64,000 bases of DNA from Tubiluchus corallicola. Its lineage: Eukaryota; Animalia; Priapulida. Under the pieces are notes generated by a model. The model was not told the DNA's origin, ran no database searches, and saw nothing but the letters and a program-made list of their open reading frames with translations. Every line of letters begins with the position of its first letter. Within the stretch, counting starts at the first letter, position 1. Made by a program: the position numbers and the translations under genes. Shown one piece after another: positions 19,357 to 30,279 of the stretch. Where the stretch lies: positions 62,001 to 126,000 of the forward strand of contig JAQGDQ010002390.1 of NCBI GenBank assembly GCA_030141605.1, given 5' to 3'.

Positions 19357-20256
19357 ATGCCTCAAATAAATAAAATAAACAAGATAAATTCTTCCGATAA
19401 GCCCCATACCTCTCTTTCTTATGGCCTTTACCTGATCGCAACGCCCATTGGAAACCTAGAAGATATAACTCTGCGGGCTTTAAAAACACTCGAAAAATGC
19501 GATATGATCTTCTGTGAGGATACAAGAGTCAGCCGGAAACTCCTCTCCGCATACGCCATCGAAAAAAAACTCGCCCCCTACCACGAACATAACGCGGAAA
19601 AACAACGAAAAACTATCCTCTCCCTTCTTAAACACAAAAAAACTATCGCCCTTATTTCCGACGCCGGAACCCCAACCATTTCCGACCCCGGACTTAAATT
19701 ACTTAAGGCCTGTATCGACAACAGCATCCCTATCTTTCACATCCCTGGCGTCTCCGCTCCTATCGCAGCGCTTACATTATCCGCTCTCCCCACGGATCAG
19801 TTTCTTTTCGCCGGCTTTCCCCCCCATACAAAAGAAGCCCGAAAAAAATTCTTCCAACGCTTCCAACAGATCAACGCAACGCTTATCTTTTTTGAATCGC
19901 CAAAAAGACTCCTGAAAACCCTCGCCGATATGCAAACCGCCTTTGACCCTCAAAGCCAAATCGCTATCGCTAGAGAAATGACAAAATATTACGAGGATAT
20001 CTACAGAAACACATTGGAAAACTCTATAAAACATTATGAAAAATATCCCTCCATTAAAGGCGAAATTACTCTGGTGCTCTCTCCAAAAATCACACAAAAA
20101 CCCCTCAACCTCAAAGATATCGACGCTCAGCTCTCCGAATATATGAAAACATTCGGCGTCAAAAACGCCGCGAAAATGATAGCCGAAACATCCGGACTCA
20201 GCGTACATGAACTGTATCAAAGAGCCCTGAAAATCAAAACATCCTCCACAAAATGA
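19357..20256 (+). CDS. rsmI: 16S rRNA (cytidine1402-2'-O)-methyltransferase
   Basis: LYLIATPIGNLEDITLRAL, EDTRVS, SDAGTPTISDPG, FESPKRL, REMTK. Confidence 0.97.
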   Translation: MPQINKINKINSSDKPHTSLSYGLYLIATPIGNLEDITLRALKTLEKCDMIFCEDTRVSRKLLSAYAIEKKLAPYHEHNAEKQRKTILSLLKHKKTIALISDAGTPTISDPGLKLLKACIDNSIPIFHIPGVSAPIAALTLSALPTDQFLFAGFPPHTKEARKKFFQRFQQINATLIFFESPKRLLKTLADMQTAFDPQSQIAIAREMTKYYEDIYRNTLENSIKHYEKYPSIKGEITLVLSPKITQKPLNLKDIDAQLSEYMKTFGVKNAAKMIAETSGLSVHELYQRALKIKTSSTK

Positions 20257-20624
20257 CCCGCTCATACACAAAAAAACGCCTAGCAAACCTTAAAGGAAAA
20301 ACAGCCGAAAAAATAAGCGGCCTCTATCTCCGACACAAAGGCTGGAAAATCCTCGCGCAAAACTGGAAAAGCCCCTTTGGGGAAATCGATATTATCGCGC
20401 ACCATAATAATTGCTTGATCGCTGTTGAAGTAAAAACACGACGGGATAAAAAAAATCTGCCCTATACTCTCTCATTTCAACAAAAAAAACGCATCAAAAA
20501 CACACTCGTATCTTATATGCAATACAAAAAATATCCCCCCGAACTCACCGTCAGATTCGATGTGATTTTTTTCTCCTTCCCCTGGAAAATACAGCATATT
20601 GAAAACGCTTGGGGCGATCTTTAA
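20253..20624 (+). CDS. yraN: YraN family protein (UPF0102)
   Basis: G..AE....YL...GWKILAQN, GEIDII, VEVKTR, RFDVI; ATGA overlap with rsmI. Confidence 0.93.
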   Translation: MTRSYTKKRLANLKGKTAEKISGLYLRHKGWKILAQNWKSPFGEIDIIAHHNNCLIAVEVKTRRDKKNLPYTLSFQQKKRIKNTLVSYMQYKKYPPELTVRFDVIFFSFPWKIQHIENAWGDL

Positions 20625-20668
20625 AAATTTTTCGGTTTCTCAAAATTTTATTGGTACGATTATTGTTA

Positions 20669-20677
20669 TGGTATAAT
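20669..20677 (+). promoter_or_regulatory. Extended -10 promoter element upstream of the AsmA-like gene
   Basis: TG-G-TATAAT at 20669-20677. Confidence 0.45.
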
Positions 20678-20766
20678 GAATATATTACACCTTAGTATTT
20701 TATTAAGTCATGAAATGATAAACATATTCGACTGAAACAAACATGCCCTTTTAAAAAAGCAGTTTA

Positions 20767-23700
20767 ATGAAAAAATTTCTAAAATATAGCCTGATTATAT
20801 TTTTATTCACCGTTGTGATTCCCTCTCTGCTTTTAGGAACCTTCCTATGGGTCTCCGCACAAAAAGACATTTCCGCAAACTGGCTTATCCCTTCCTTGCA
20901 TTTCTTCCTACCCAATGGCGAATGGGACGCCGACACGATAACAATTCGCTGGAAAAATAAACATTATACACCCAGCGTCATTATCAATAATTTCCACTAT
21001 ACACACAAAGATGAGCTCTTCTCCCTTTCCGTCGCGAAAATAGAGCTGTCACTCTGGTGGAAAGTCATACAATTCAGAGAAACCCATAAAGACACTCTCC
21101 ACGATTCCTCCCTTGCTTTTTTTTCACAACTTCTCTTAACGCAGCCAAACATCATATTGACAATCGACTCGTCCTCGACAAAAGAACTGATCACTTCCTT
21201 TTTTCCATCTCGGGAAAATACACAACATCCCCCTCCCTCTCAGCAGAAAAAGCTGGACCTTTTTCTCGAAAGAATCAATCGCCTGAAATCACAGTTCAAT
21301 AACCGCCTTCCCCACAGTCTACAGGTCCAAAACGCGACAATTCAAGTTAAGAATAAAGATCAGGAGATACTCTTTTCCCTGCCTAATATCGCTATCAATC
21401 ATACGCTGGAAAAAACAAGCATCATAACCTCCATGCGTCTCTCCACAGAGAAATTCAAAAACATCTCGCAGGAAGTTTATACCGCTATTTATAAAAAAAA
21501 TTATGACTTTCCTCTCCTGAGTAAAAGTGACTTGACCATTTTAAGCAAATTCTCTCTCATTCTTCCGAAAAACAATCCTCCACTCCTGTCTTTTGAACTT
21601 TACAGCAGCAAGGGAACTCTCTTTTTTCCTTTGCTAGAGCCTCCTTTAATACCCGTAGACTTTATCATCGTTAAAGGATATTGGCACCCTGAGGAAAATG
21701 CTCTCCATTTTGACAGAATCGTTCTTGACCCTGGAAAAAACACCTCTCTGCAACTTGCTTTTTTCCCTGGCCACAAATGGTTTGTAAATTCCATAAGCGG
21801 ACAAATATCCTACCATTTCACAGACAAATACGCCGATATAAAAAATGTGGAAACAATCCTGCAAGACGTTACTATGAAAATTCATGGGAACTTCACCCAT
21901 GAAAAAGATCATCAATATTCCCGGCTGACCATAGACGCCTATAACGTTGATCTCGCTACTCTTGATCATATATGGCCCGAAAAAATAAAAAATAACTTAC
22001 GTACCTGGATCCTCAGAGATGTACAAAGCGGAAATGTTGATAAGCTTTCCCTCTCCCTTTCCCTGATGAAAAAGAACAATGAAAAAACGCGATTGTCCCA
22101 TTTCGAGGGAAAAGCAACATTTTCTGACTTTACCTTCCAATATCTAGAACCCTGGCCATGGATCACACACGCCAACGGTTACCTCTCCTTTACAAAAAAT
22201 AACTTCATCGCCATTGTGACAGACGCTCTCTCCGAAAATGTCAACGTGGAAGAAAGCTACGTTTATATCTCTCCTCAGTTTATGGAAGTGAACGTCAACT
22301 TTCAAGGAAACGCCGGGCATCTGCTGAAATTAACAGACGTCGGCTTAAAACAGCTCCTGTCGTCAACCGGAATCAATACAGAAACAGCCCAAGGCAACGG
22401 GCAGGGAAATGTCTTTATAGCCTACGATATAAAACAAAAAGACTTTTCATGGAATATTACAGGATCCCTTTTTGACCTAGAAGGAAGCATCACACCCACA
22501 GCCGCTATCAAAAAACCCATCAATATTCATAAAACAGACGCCTCTATCAGCATAATATCAGGAAAATCCTCCATCAACATGGAAGGGGAAATACAAAACG
22601 ATCAAACACCTTTTACATTCCTTACTGTCATCGATCAAGGAAAAACAGACATTCAACTCTCCATGGAAATGAAGGCGCAAACCTTTACACACCTCTTCGC
22701 TCTGGAATCCCTGCTTCCTCCCGAGCGACTCTCCGGTATCATCGGAATCAACATTACAGGAATGCAGGATAAAAATAAAAACCGCCGGGCGGATATAGAA
22801 TTAAACCTGCAAAAATCACATGTCGCCTTTATTCCAAACACTTACGAAAAAGCCCCGAATACAAAAGGATTACTCAGCGCCCAACTGATTGGAAATCCAG
22901 ACGGATCCACCGTTATTCCTCACTTTTCCGCAACAGTCGGTAATTTCCTAAATGTCCTCGGCAGCGCCCGACTCGACAAACAGCAAAATCTCGAATATGT
23001 CGAAAGCAAACAGGTGACACTTGGCGATAAAACTTCCTTTGACCTCTCCCTTCAAAGAGCAGACGATAATCTCTGGAATCTTCGCATACACGGAAATAGC
23101 TTCGACCTCTCCTTTCTTAGAGCCGCGCAACCCAAAGCTCATACATTTTATGAGGATTCAATCCCCGTCTATTTGACCCCTATCGCGGCACTGCAAAAAA
23201 TAAACTTCATTAACACATTAGACCTCTCTATCCAAAATCTTTGGATCTCTGAGGACAGACTCCTCAATGACTTCGCGCTCACACTCACGAATAAAGATCA
23301 TTTTATCGACACCCTCAATAGCAGCTTTACACTCCCACCCGACAATATAACACATATAGAAATTAAAAACGGACGCGATTTCACATTGTCTATCGATAAT
23401 TATGGCGACCTTATAAACGCTTTCCAGCATAATCACAATATCACAAACGGACGGCTCTCCGTCACAGGCACTATTGAGCATAAAACTCAAAATCCCTCTA
23501 TTAAAGGGCATGCCAGTTTGAAAAATTTCGAGCTGCTGGAAACCCCCCTTATCGCGCAGCTCGTCAACGCTATCACGCTTATCGGAATTTTCGACGCTTT
23601 CTCCGGAGAGGGAAGAATCTTCTTTGATTCCATGGAATCAGACTTTCTCCTGCAGGAAGAAGCCATAAAACTTCACAAGGCCCTTCTTTCCGGCTTCTCC

Positions 23701-23973
23701 ATAGGAGGGAAATTCTCCGGTATCATCGATTATCGTAACAATTTAATCGATATAAAAGGAATCATCGCCCCCATGTATATGGTCCATACACTCCTCGCGA
23801 GAATTCCCCTTATCGGAAAAATCATCACGGGCTCTTCCGGAATTATCGCCGCCAACTGGAAAATCACCGGAGAGCTTAAAGATCCTAATGTTAGCGTCAG
23901 CACACTCTCTATGCTACAAATCGGAATCCTGCGGGATATCCTCAAAGAAATCTTCTATCAAGACGAAAAATAA
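20767..23973 (+). CDS. AsmA-like/YhdP-family phospholipid bridge protein (DUF3971, AsmA_2 C-terminus)
   Basis: N-terminal TM; HIWP.....LRTWI; C-terminal G.IDY....IDIKG.IAP....LL.RIPLIG.II.G...IIAA.W.I.G...DP.V.V. Confidence 0.85.
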   Translation: MKKFLKYSLIIFLFTVVIPSLLLGTFLWVSAQKDISANWLIPSLHFFLPNGEWDADTITIRWKNKHYTPSVIINNFHYTHKDELFSLSVAKIELSLWWKVIQFRETHKDTLHDSSLAFFSQLLLTQPNIILTIDSSSTKELITSFFPSRENTQHPPPSQQKKLDLFLERINRLKSQFNNRLPHSLQVQNATIQVKNKDQEILFSLPNIAINHTLEKTSIITSMRLSTEKFKNISQEVYTAIYKKNYDFPLLSKSDLTILSKFSLILPKNNPPLLSFELYSSKGTLFFPLLEPPLIPVDFIIVKGYWHPEENALHFDRIVLDPGKNTSLQLAFFPGHKWFVNSISGQISYHFTDKYADIKNVETILQDVTMKIHGNFTHEKDHQYSRLTIDAYNVDLATLDHIWPEKIKNNLRTWILRDVQSGNVDKLSLSLSLMKKNNEKTRLSHFEGKATFSDFTFQYLEPWPWITHANGYLSFTKNNFIAIVTDALSENVNVEESYVYISPQFMEVNVNFQGNAGHLLKLTDVGLKQLLSSTGINTETAQGNGQGNVFIAYDIKQKDFSWNITGSLFDLEGSITPTAAIKKPINIHKTDASISIISGKSSINMEGEIQNDQTPFTFLTVIDQGKTDIQLSMEMKAQTFTHLFALESLLPPERLSGIIGINITGMQDKNKNRRADIELNLQKSHVAFIPNTYEKAPNTKGLLSAQLIGNPDGSTVIPHFSATVGNFLNVLGSARLDKQQNLEYVESKQVTLGDKTSFDLSLQRADDNLWNLRIHGNSFDLSFLRAAQPKAHTFYEDSIPVYLTPIAALQKINFINTLDLSIQNLWISEDRLLNDFALTLTNKDHFIDTLNSSFTLPPDNITHIEIKNGRDFTLSIDNYGDLINAFQHNHNITNGRLSVTGTIEHKTQNPSIKGHASLKNFELLETPLIAQLVNAITLIGIFDAFSGEGRIFFDSMESDFLLQEEAIKLHKALLSGFSIGGKFSGIIDYRNNLIDIKGIIAPMYMVHTLLARIPLIGKIITGSSGIIAANWKITGELKDPNVSVSTLSMLQIGILRDILKEIFYQDEK

Positions 23974-24071
23974 AATCACCACACATACATGAAAAAAGAA
24001 CAGCACGCGACCTCATCCGAAAATCCCTCAACAATAGTTCATCCCCTCTAAGAAAATTTTTCCTAAAATTA

Positions 24072-24100
24072 TTGCCTTCATTTATAACTAACGATAGTAT
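24072..24100 (+). promoter_or_regulatory. Sigma70-like promoter for accA
   Basis: TTGCCT-N17-TAGTAT. Confidence 0.5.
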
Positions 24101-24154
24101 ATGTAATATACTATTCAATCATGATTAAGAAACAATAAGGTTTAAGGTTTATTA

Positions 24155-25108
24155 ATGTCAAACGTCCTTGATTTCGAAAAACCCATTATTGAGCTTGAGG
24201 GAAAAATCGCCGAGCTCCGTCATATTTCAGGTACAGGCGAAATGGATATCGCAGAAGAAATCAATAACCTGGAAAAACGTCTGGAAAAACTCACATCTCA
24301 AACCTATGGAAAGCTCTCTCCCTGGGATAAAACACTCATCGCACGCCATGTCAACAGACCTCATACATCCGACTATATAAAAGAGCTCATTGACGATTTT
24401 ACACCCCTCTCCGGCGATAGACTCTTTGGAGACGACGCCGCAATCATCGGCGGAATCGGCCGCTTTAAAGGGCTGTCTGTTGTCGTTATCGGGCATGAAA
24501 AAGGCTCCTCTACAGAAAGCAGAGTCCACCATAATTTCGGCATGGCTAAACCAGAAGGATACCGAAAAGCACAACGCCTTATGAGACTGGCCGAGAGCTT
24601 CAAGCTTCCCCTTCTCTCTTTTGTCGATACCGCAGGCGCGTGGCCAGGAATTGACGCGGAATCCCGCGGACAAGCCGAAGCCATCGCAAAAGCAATCGAT
24701 ACATGTCTGAGTATAAAAACCCCCTTCATCAGCACAATCATCGGAGAAGGTGGATCCGGCGGCGCTATCGCGATTGCCTCTGCCAATAAAATCTTCATGC
24801 TGGAACATTCTATCTATTCTGTCATCTCCCCTGAAGGATGCGCCTCCATCCTCTGGAGAAACGGAAAAATGGCGAAAAACGCCGCGAACTCTCTTTGCAT
24901 GACAGCGCAAAATCTACTTGAGCTTAATGTTATCGACGACATTATACCAGAAGATCCCGGGGGCGCTCACCGCCACAGCGAAAAAACCATTCAAAGAATT
25001 GGAGATACCCTCCATGAAGCTCTCCTTGAGCTAAAACAGCTCTCTCCTGAAGAGCTCGTGCAGCACCGTCGTCAAAAATTCCTAAAAATGGGACAATTAC
25101 AACCATAA
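24155..25108 (+). CDS. accA: Acetyl-CoA carboxylase carboxyltransferase alpha subunit
   Basis: [57 protein letters not shown]. Confidence 0.98.
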   Translation: MSNVLDFEKPIIELEGKIAELRHISGTGEMDIAEEINNLEKRLEKLTSQTYGKLSPWDKTLIARHVNRPHTSDYIKELIDDFTPLSGDRLFGDDAAIIGGIGRFKGLSVVVIGHEKGSSTESRVHHNFGMAKPEGYRKAQRLMRLAESFKLPLLSFVDTAGAWPGIDAESRGQAEAIAKAIDTCLSIKTPFISTIIGEGGSGGAIAIASANKIFMLEHSIYSVISPEGCASILWRNGKMAKNAANSLCMTAQNLLELNVIDDIIPEDPGGAHRHSEKTIQRIGDTLHEALLELKQLSPEELVQHRRQKFLKMGQLQP

Positions 25109-25169
25109 AACCCTTCAGCCTCTTATAAAACAGAGGCTCTTTAATCATCAGTTTCTCGGAGGATCCGTT

Positions 25170-26108
25170 GTGCCAGAAGAAAAATATTCCCCCCCCACTC
25201 AACTTACGCCTCCTGTTCCGACAAAACGAGCGACCTCGGCAGGAATCGAAGCCATTATCAATAAAGAATTCCCCGTTTTAGATCACGGATTCATCCGTGT
25301 AGTCGACTATATGGGAGACGATAACGCAATCGTTCAGGCCGCACGCGTCTCTTACGGAAAAGGAACAAAAAGCCCCAGCAGCGACAGAATGCTCATCCGC
25401 TACCTGATGCGACACAGACACACAACCCCTTTTGAAATGTGTGAGATCAAATTCCATGTTAAATTACCTATTTTTGTCGCGAGACAATGGATCAGACACA
25501 GAACCGCAAATATTAACGAATATTCCGCTCGATACTCCATGCTGGATAAAGAATATTATCTCCCCTCCCCTCAGCAGCTAACCGTTCAATCCCAAAGCAA
25601 CCGTCAGGGACGGGGCGAGATATTATCAGAAAAAGACGCGCAAAACGCCCTGAAAATACTGAAACAAGACGCGGAACAATGCTATCAACATTATAGGGAA
25701 CTCCTTAATGAAGACGATAACCAAAACCGCATCGATCCTGAAAGAGAAGGCTTAACACGCGAACTCGCCAGAACAAACCTCACTTTAAATACCTATACAC
25801 AATGGTATTGGAAAATCGACCTTCATAATCTGCTTCATTTTCTCTCGCTTCGCGCAGATCCTCACGCGCAATACGAAATTCGCGTCTACGCGGAGATCAT
25901 GCTCGATATCTTGCAGCAATGGCTTCCAATAACCTATGAGGCTTTTATGGACTACCGACTCAACGCCGCCTCACTTTCCGCGCAGCAGCTTACCGTTCTG
26001 CGCCAGATGCTCGGTGGGAAAAATATCGATCAGAAAACAAGCGGCTTAAGTCAACGAGAGTGGACAGAAATGATGGATATTCTTAATAACCCTAAAGTAA
26101 AAATATAA
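25170..26108 (+). CDS. thyX: FAD-dependent thymidylate synthase
   Basis: [52 protein letters not shown]. Confidence 0.98.
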   Translation: MPEEKYSPPTQLTPPVPTKRATSAGIEAIINKEFPVLDHGFIRVVDYMGDDNAIVQAARVSYGKGTKSPSSDRMLIRYLMRHRHTTPFEMCEIKFHVKLPIFVARQWIRHRTANINEYSARYSMLDKEYYLPSPQQLTVQSQSNRQGRGEILSEKDAQNALKILKQDAEQCYQHYRELLNEDDNQNRIDPEREGLTRELARTNLTLNTYTQWYWKIDLHNLLHFLSLRADPHAQYEIRVYAEIMLDILQQWLPITYEAFMDYRLNAASLSAQQLTVLRQMLGGKNIDQKTSGLSQREWTEMMDILNNPKVKI

Positions 26109-26152
26109 AAAATCCTCTACCCTTTCAATAAAGATAAGAATGGATAAAAAGT

Positions 26153-26581
26153 ATGAATATCGCTCTTGTTGCTCATGACGCTAGAAAAAAAGACGCCATC
26201 GAATGGGCATTAAAACATATTAATAAACTTAAAAACCATACGATCTGGTGCACAGCGACAACCGGAAAGAAACTTGCCGAATCAACCTCGGATCTGAGTC
26301 TGAAAATCGTCCGAAGCGGCCCCTTAGGCGGCGACCAGGAAATCGGTGTGAAAATCGCCTCCGGGGAAATCGATTTCATCATCTTCCTTGTTGACGGCCT
26401 GTCCATACAGCCTCACGATTCCGATATCAAAGCCTTAATTCGCCTCGCTGTTATCTACAATATCCCCATCGCTTTAAACCGCTCATCCGCAGAACTCATT
26501 ATCAGCAGCTCTACCCTAGAAGATAAAACATTCCTGCCAGAAAAAAATGACTTCAGCGACTATATAAACAGAAAAATATAA
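26153..26581 (+). CDS. mgsA: Methylglyoxal synthase
   Basis: IALVAHDARK, TATTG, SGPLGGDQEIG, PHDSDIKAL.R.A..YNIP.A.N. Confidence 0.96.
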   Translation: MNIALVAHDARKKDAIEWALKHINKLKNHTIWCTATTGKKLAESTSDLSLKIVRSGPLGGDQEIGVKIASGEIDFIIFLVDGLSIQPHDSDIKALIRLAVIYNIPIALNRSSAELIISSSTLEDKTFLPEKNDFSDYINRKI

Positions 26582-26679
26582 AATAAATCATACAAAATCA
26601 ACCATTATACTATATACTATCTATAAAACCGATATAATCTACGAGTCTCATACATTATTGTAATTGTGAAAGAGCAAAA

Positions 26680-28902
26680 ATGCCTTACGATTCCCACAAA
26701 ACAATACTCGCCTCCGAAAAGATCCATCACCTCTGCCAACTCCTTGGAATTTCCTACAGCTTCTGGGACATTATGGGAAACCATTATCAGGTTCCACGAG
26801 AAACGCTAGAAAAAGTCCTCAGGCATTTTAACGTTTCCTCCTACGATAAAAATAGCATCCATAACAAAATTGAACAGATCGAAAGAGACTCTTGGGAAAT
26901 TCCCTTCACGTCCAGCTTCGTCATCCGAAAAAATAAAGGCCCGCAAGGAATCACCCTCTCTCTCCCTCTGGAAAAAAACACTATAGACCTGCAATGGAAA
27001 ATCATCCTCGAAAATGGAGAGACGCGAACACAAACCTTCACGCCTCATCAGCAAAAAACCCTCGGAACCCTTACATATAATAACAAGGATATCCTGAAAA
27101 TATTCCTCCCTCTGCCTATCGATTCCCTTCCTTATGGCTATCATCACTTTTCGCTACCGGAAATCAACCCCGAAAAAACAGCGATGCTGGTGATCGCTCC
27201 TGAAAAATCATGGCTCCCTGAAAAAGTCAAAAAAAAAGAGCAGATCTGGGGACTCTCCTGCCACTTTTATACCCTCAATAGTGAGCATAACAACAAAATC
27301 GGAAACTTCTCACACCTGAAACAACTTGTCGAAACAGGCGCATCCCTCGGCGCAGATACCATCGGTATCAACCCTATTCATCTCCTCTTTCCAGAAACAC
27401 CAGAAGAATGCAGCCCCTACTTTACCTCAAGTCGACTCTTTCTAAATCCAATCTATATTGATCCAACACGCCTGCCAGAGTGGGACGAAAATATACCCTC
27501 GCCTTTCTATCTCTCTCAGCCAACATCCCATATCAACTATACCGATACAATTAATACACTCTTCCCTATTCTCCAAACCTGCTGGCAGAGTTTTAACGAA
27601 AATGCCTCCCAGGAACGGAAGGAAAACTTCCGCGCATTTACAGAAACACAAAAATACGCCCTTGATTCCATGGCGACTTTCTGCGCCCTCAGTAAACATC
27701 TCAACACACACCATTGGAAAGAATGGCCAGAACACTATCAAAATCCCGCCTCCCCCGAAATACTCACTTTTAAAAAAGAACATGCTGACCAGATCCTCTT
27801 TAATATATGGCTTCAATGGATCGCACAGCAACAACTGGAAGATGTCAAAAAAAGCTGCAGCGATATGACCATAGGGCTCTATGGAGATCTCGCGCTCGGC
27901 GTCAGTACACACGCCGCAGACGCATGGGCCTACCAAGAAACCATGGTGGACGATATGGTCATAGGAGCCCCGCCAGACGCCTTCTCAATAGAAGGGCAAA
28001 ATTGGGGCATCATTCCCGTTAATCCCCACGCCATGAAAAAAAATTGGTCCCTCTTTATTGAAACACTCCAAAGAAATATGCACTACTTCGGCGCCCTGCG
28101 AATCGACCATGTCATGGCTTTTAAACAACTCTACTGGATCCCTAACGGAAAAACAGCGAAAGAAGGAACATATATCGCCTACCCCTTTGACGACATCCTC
28201 GGAATTCTCGCCCTGGAAAGCCACAGAAACCAATGCATGGTTATCAGCGAAGACTTAGGAAATGTCCCAGAAGGATTCCGAGAAACACTCCAGGATGAAA
28301 ATATCCTCTCGTACCGTGTTCTTTTCTTTGAACGCTGGCCAAGCGGATTATATAAACGCCCCGAATGCTACCCCCACCTCTCTGTAGCGACAGCAACAAC
28401 ACACGATCTCCCCCCCTTGTGCAGCTTCTGGTCTAACGAAAATATTCACATAAAAAAACAAATCCAGCTCCTGCCAAACGAAACCACCTACAAAAATGAA
28501 CACCTCCACCAGCAAAACGAAAAAGAACAGCTTTATAACGCCCTGAGAGATCAGAATCTTACCATCTGCCCCCCACGGAAAGATAAACATCTCTCCGATG
28601 AAATGGAATCATCAGAAATTTACACGGAATGCCAATATAAATGTACGCATCTCCATTGCTCTCTTTCCAAAGCTATCTATGGCTTTCTCGCGAAAACCCC
28701 CTCTGCGATGCTGCTGCTTAACCTTGATGATCTCTTTTCCGAAAAATATCCCCTCAATATTCCAGGAACAACCTGCACACAATATCCAAACTGGCGGCGG
28801 CGGCTTTCTATTCCCCTGGAAAAACTTGAAAACTACCTAAAACCTTTTGTCGACTCCATACAAACCGTAAAAGCAACAACAGAAAATCCTGATACACATT
28901 AA
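26680..28902 (+). CDS. malQ: 4-alpha-glucanotransferase (amylomaltase, GH77)
   Basis: GINPIH, SPY..SSR.FLNP.YID, YGDLALG, GAPPDAFS..GQNWG, LRIDHVM, SEDLG, THDLP, NIPGT...YPNWR. Confidence 0.95.
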   Translation: MPYDSHKTILASEKIHHLCQLLGISYSFWDIMGNHYQVPRETLEKVLRHFNVSSYDKNSIHNKIEQIERDSWEIPFTSSFVIRKNKGPQGITLSLPLEKNTIDLQWKIILENGETRTQTFTPHQQKTLGTLTYNNKDILKIFLPLPIDSLPYGYHHFSLPEINPEKTAMLVIAPEKSWLPEKVKKKEQIWGLSCHFYTLNSEHNNKIGNFSHLKQLVETGASLGADTIGINPIHLLFPETPEECSPYFTSSRLFLNPIYIDPTRLPEWDENIPSPFYLSQPTSHINYTDTINTLFPILQTCWQSFNENASQERKENFRAFTETQKYALDSMATFCALSKHLNTHHWKEWPEHYQNPASPEILTFKKEHADQILFNIWLQWIAQQQLEDVKKSCSDMTIGLYGDLALGVSTHAADAWAYQETMVDDMVIGAPPDAFSIEGQNWGIIPVNPHAMKKNWSLFIETLQRNMHYFGALRIDHVMAFKQLYWIPNGKTAKEGTYIAYPFDDILGILALESHRNQCMVISEDLGNVPEGFRETLQDENILSYRVLFFERWPSGLYKRPECYPHLSVATATTHDLPPLCSFWSNENIHIKKQIQLLPNETTYKNEHLHQQNEKEQLYNALRDQNLTICPPRKDKHLSDEMESSEIYTECQYKCTHLHCSLSKAIYGFLAKTPSAMLLLNLDDLFSEKYPLNIPGTTCTQYPNWRRRLSIPLEKLENYLKPFVDSIQTVKATTENPDTH

Positions 28903-28958
28903 AAAAACACTTGCTTTTATCAACAATACCTATTATTAAAAAGAGTACATTCTTTTAA

Positions 28959-29034
28959 GACCCCATCGTCTAGAGGACTAGGACACTGGCCTTTCACGCC
29001 GGCAACACGGGTTCGAATCCCGTTGGGGTCGCCA
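28959..29034 (+). tRNA. tRNA-Glu (anticodon TTC)
   Basis: 76 nt; acceptor GACCCCA/TGGGGTC, anticodon stem CTGGC-CTTTCAC-GCCGG, T-loop GTTCGAATC, encoded CCA; upstream TTGCTT-N17-TATTAA. Confidence 0.97.
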
Positions 29035-29270
29035 CTTACTCGGGGCACTATCACCAATAATATTAAAAAACACAAGCCTTTCACAAAGGTGGCATGGGCT
29101 TAAATCTCACCAAAGGATCACCTCTTGCCCAGAGAACACTATCAAGATCAAAAACTTCTCACCACGAAAAGTTCACCTTGATTGAATCAAGACAGTCTCC
29201 CTCCCACTCTTTTTAAAAATCATCAAGCCCATAGCACCTCTCGCTACAGAAACAATTTTCAAACAATCGC

Positions 29271-30221
29271 TTATATAAAAAACATAATAATAACGGCAAA
29301 AGAAACAAAAGAAAGAATCGTCGAAACCAATAAAGACGTCGCAACCTGCTCTCTATACAGCTGGTATTTCGCCGCTAAAATAAAGACATTAATCCCCGTC
29401 GCAGAAGCCGACATCACCGTCAAAGATAAAGCCGCTATCGGCGGAAGATGAAAAACAAAAAAACAGGAAAACCAAACAAACACCGGTAAAACTGCCGTCT
29501 TTAACACAGCGATGATAAAAGCCTCCCATAAACTGCTTTGAATCTTAAAGGTTGTCAAAGAAGCCCCTAAAACAAATAAAGCACACGGAATTGTCGCTTG
29601 AGCCGTTATTTCCAAACTTCGCTCCATAAAAGAGGGCAACGTCAACCCCAGAGAACGAAAAAGAACCCCCGCAACAATCGTCGCAACAATCGGGTTTTTA
29701 AGCACAATTAAAGGAATATTCGCCAGGATTTTTCCAATCGCAACCTTAGAGGCCCCTGAAAGCTCCATGGCAAGAATAGTGATCGTCCAAAGAAACGCCG
29801 CATGAAACGTCACAAGCTGAAAAAAATAACGCCCCCCTTCCATACCCCATATCTCTAAAGCAACCGGAAACCCCAAAAGCGCTAAATTAGAAAAGGACCC
29901 TCCCATCGCCAACACCGCCTGCTCTTTAGGAGACAGTTTCAAAACAAACTTCCCAATCAAAAGACCTAAAAAAAAGACGCACAAAACAGGAAGATAAAAG
30001 GCGAGAAGAACCTTGATCTCCAGTGAGAAGCTGTTTCCGCTCCCCGCTATGCTTAAAAATAACAATGCCGGCGTACATAAAAAGAACACAAAATTATTCA
30101 AGCCGCTAATAGCCTCATCGGAAATCAATTTCCCCTTCGCAAAACAATAGCCAAGCGCTATTAAAATAAAAACAGGGAAAAGAATCTCAATCACAACAGC
30201 CATAAAAATATCCTTGATCAA
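29271..30221 (-). CDS. AEC (auxin efflux carrier) family transporter
   Basis: About 10 TM segments; PVFILIALGY, FVFFLCTPALLF, FSN..LGFP, KNPI, PCALFVLG; start may be ~30203. Confidence 0.9.
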   Translation of the reverse strand: MIKDIFMAVVIEILFPVFILIALGYCFAKGKLISDEAISGLNNFVFFLCTPALLFLSIAGSGNSFSLEIKVLLAFYLPVLCVFFLGLLIGKFVLKLSPKEQAVLAMGGSFSNLALLGFPVALEIWGMEGGRYFFQLVTFHAAFLWTITILAMELSGASKVAIGKILANIPLIVLKNPIVATIVAGVLFRSLGLTLPSFMERSLEITAQATIPCALFVLGASLTTFKIQSSLWEAFIIAVLKTAVLPVFVWFSCFFVFHLPPIAALSLTVMSASATGINVFILAAKYQLYREQVATSLLVSTILSFVSFAVIIMFFI

Positions 30222-30279
30222 TAGAGCCTACTCTGACATAAGCTTACAATACAACCCCACCCTAAGAGAAAATATCTCC

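Noticed and set aside
20253-20624. YraN PD-(D/E)XK-like protein as a defence nuclease
   Set aside because: It is in its conserved housekeeping context next to rsmI.
24227-24910. Long antisense ORFs (also 49358-49945, 32012-32533, 56599-57126, 60098-60628)
   Set aside because: Each lies opposite a well-conserved gene and shows no motif; expected given the codon bias.
29178-29190. FNR/FixK-like box TTGAT-TGA-ATCAA
   Set aside because: The spacer is 3 nt rather than 4 and it lies between convergent transcripts.
29094-29216. 40-aa ORF MGLNLTKG... after the tRNA
   Set aside because: Ser-rich with no motif or hydrophobic segment; cannot be distinguished from chance.
28959-29270. tRNA-Glu as an integration site
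   Set aside because: No integrase, no duplicate of the tRNA 3' end that I could see, and ordinary flanking genes.
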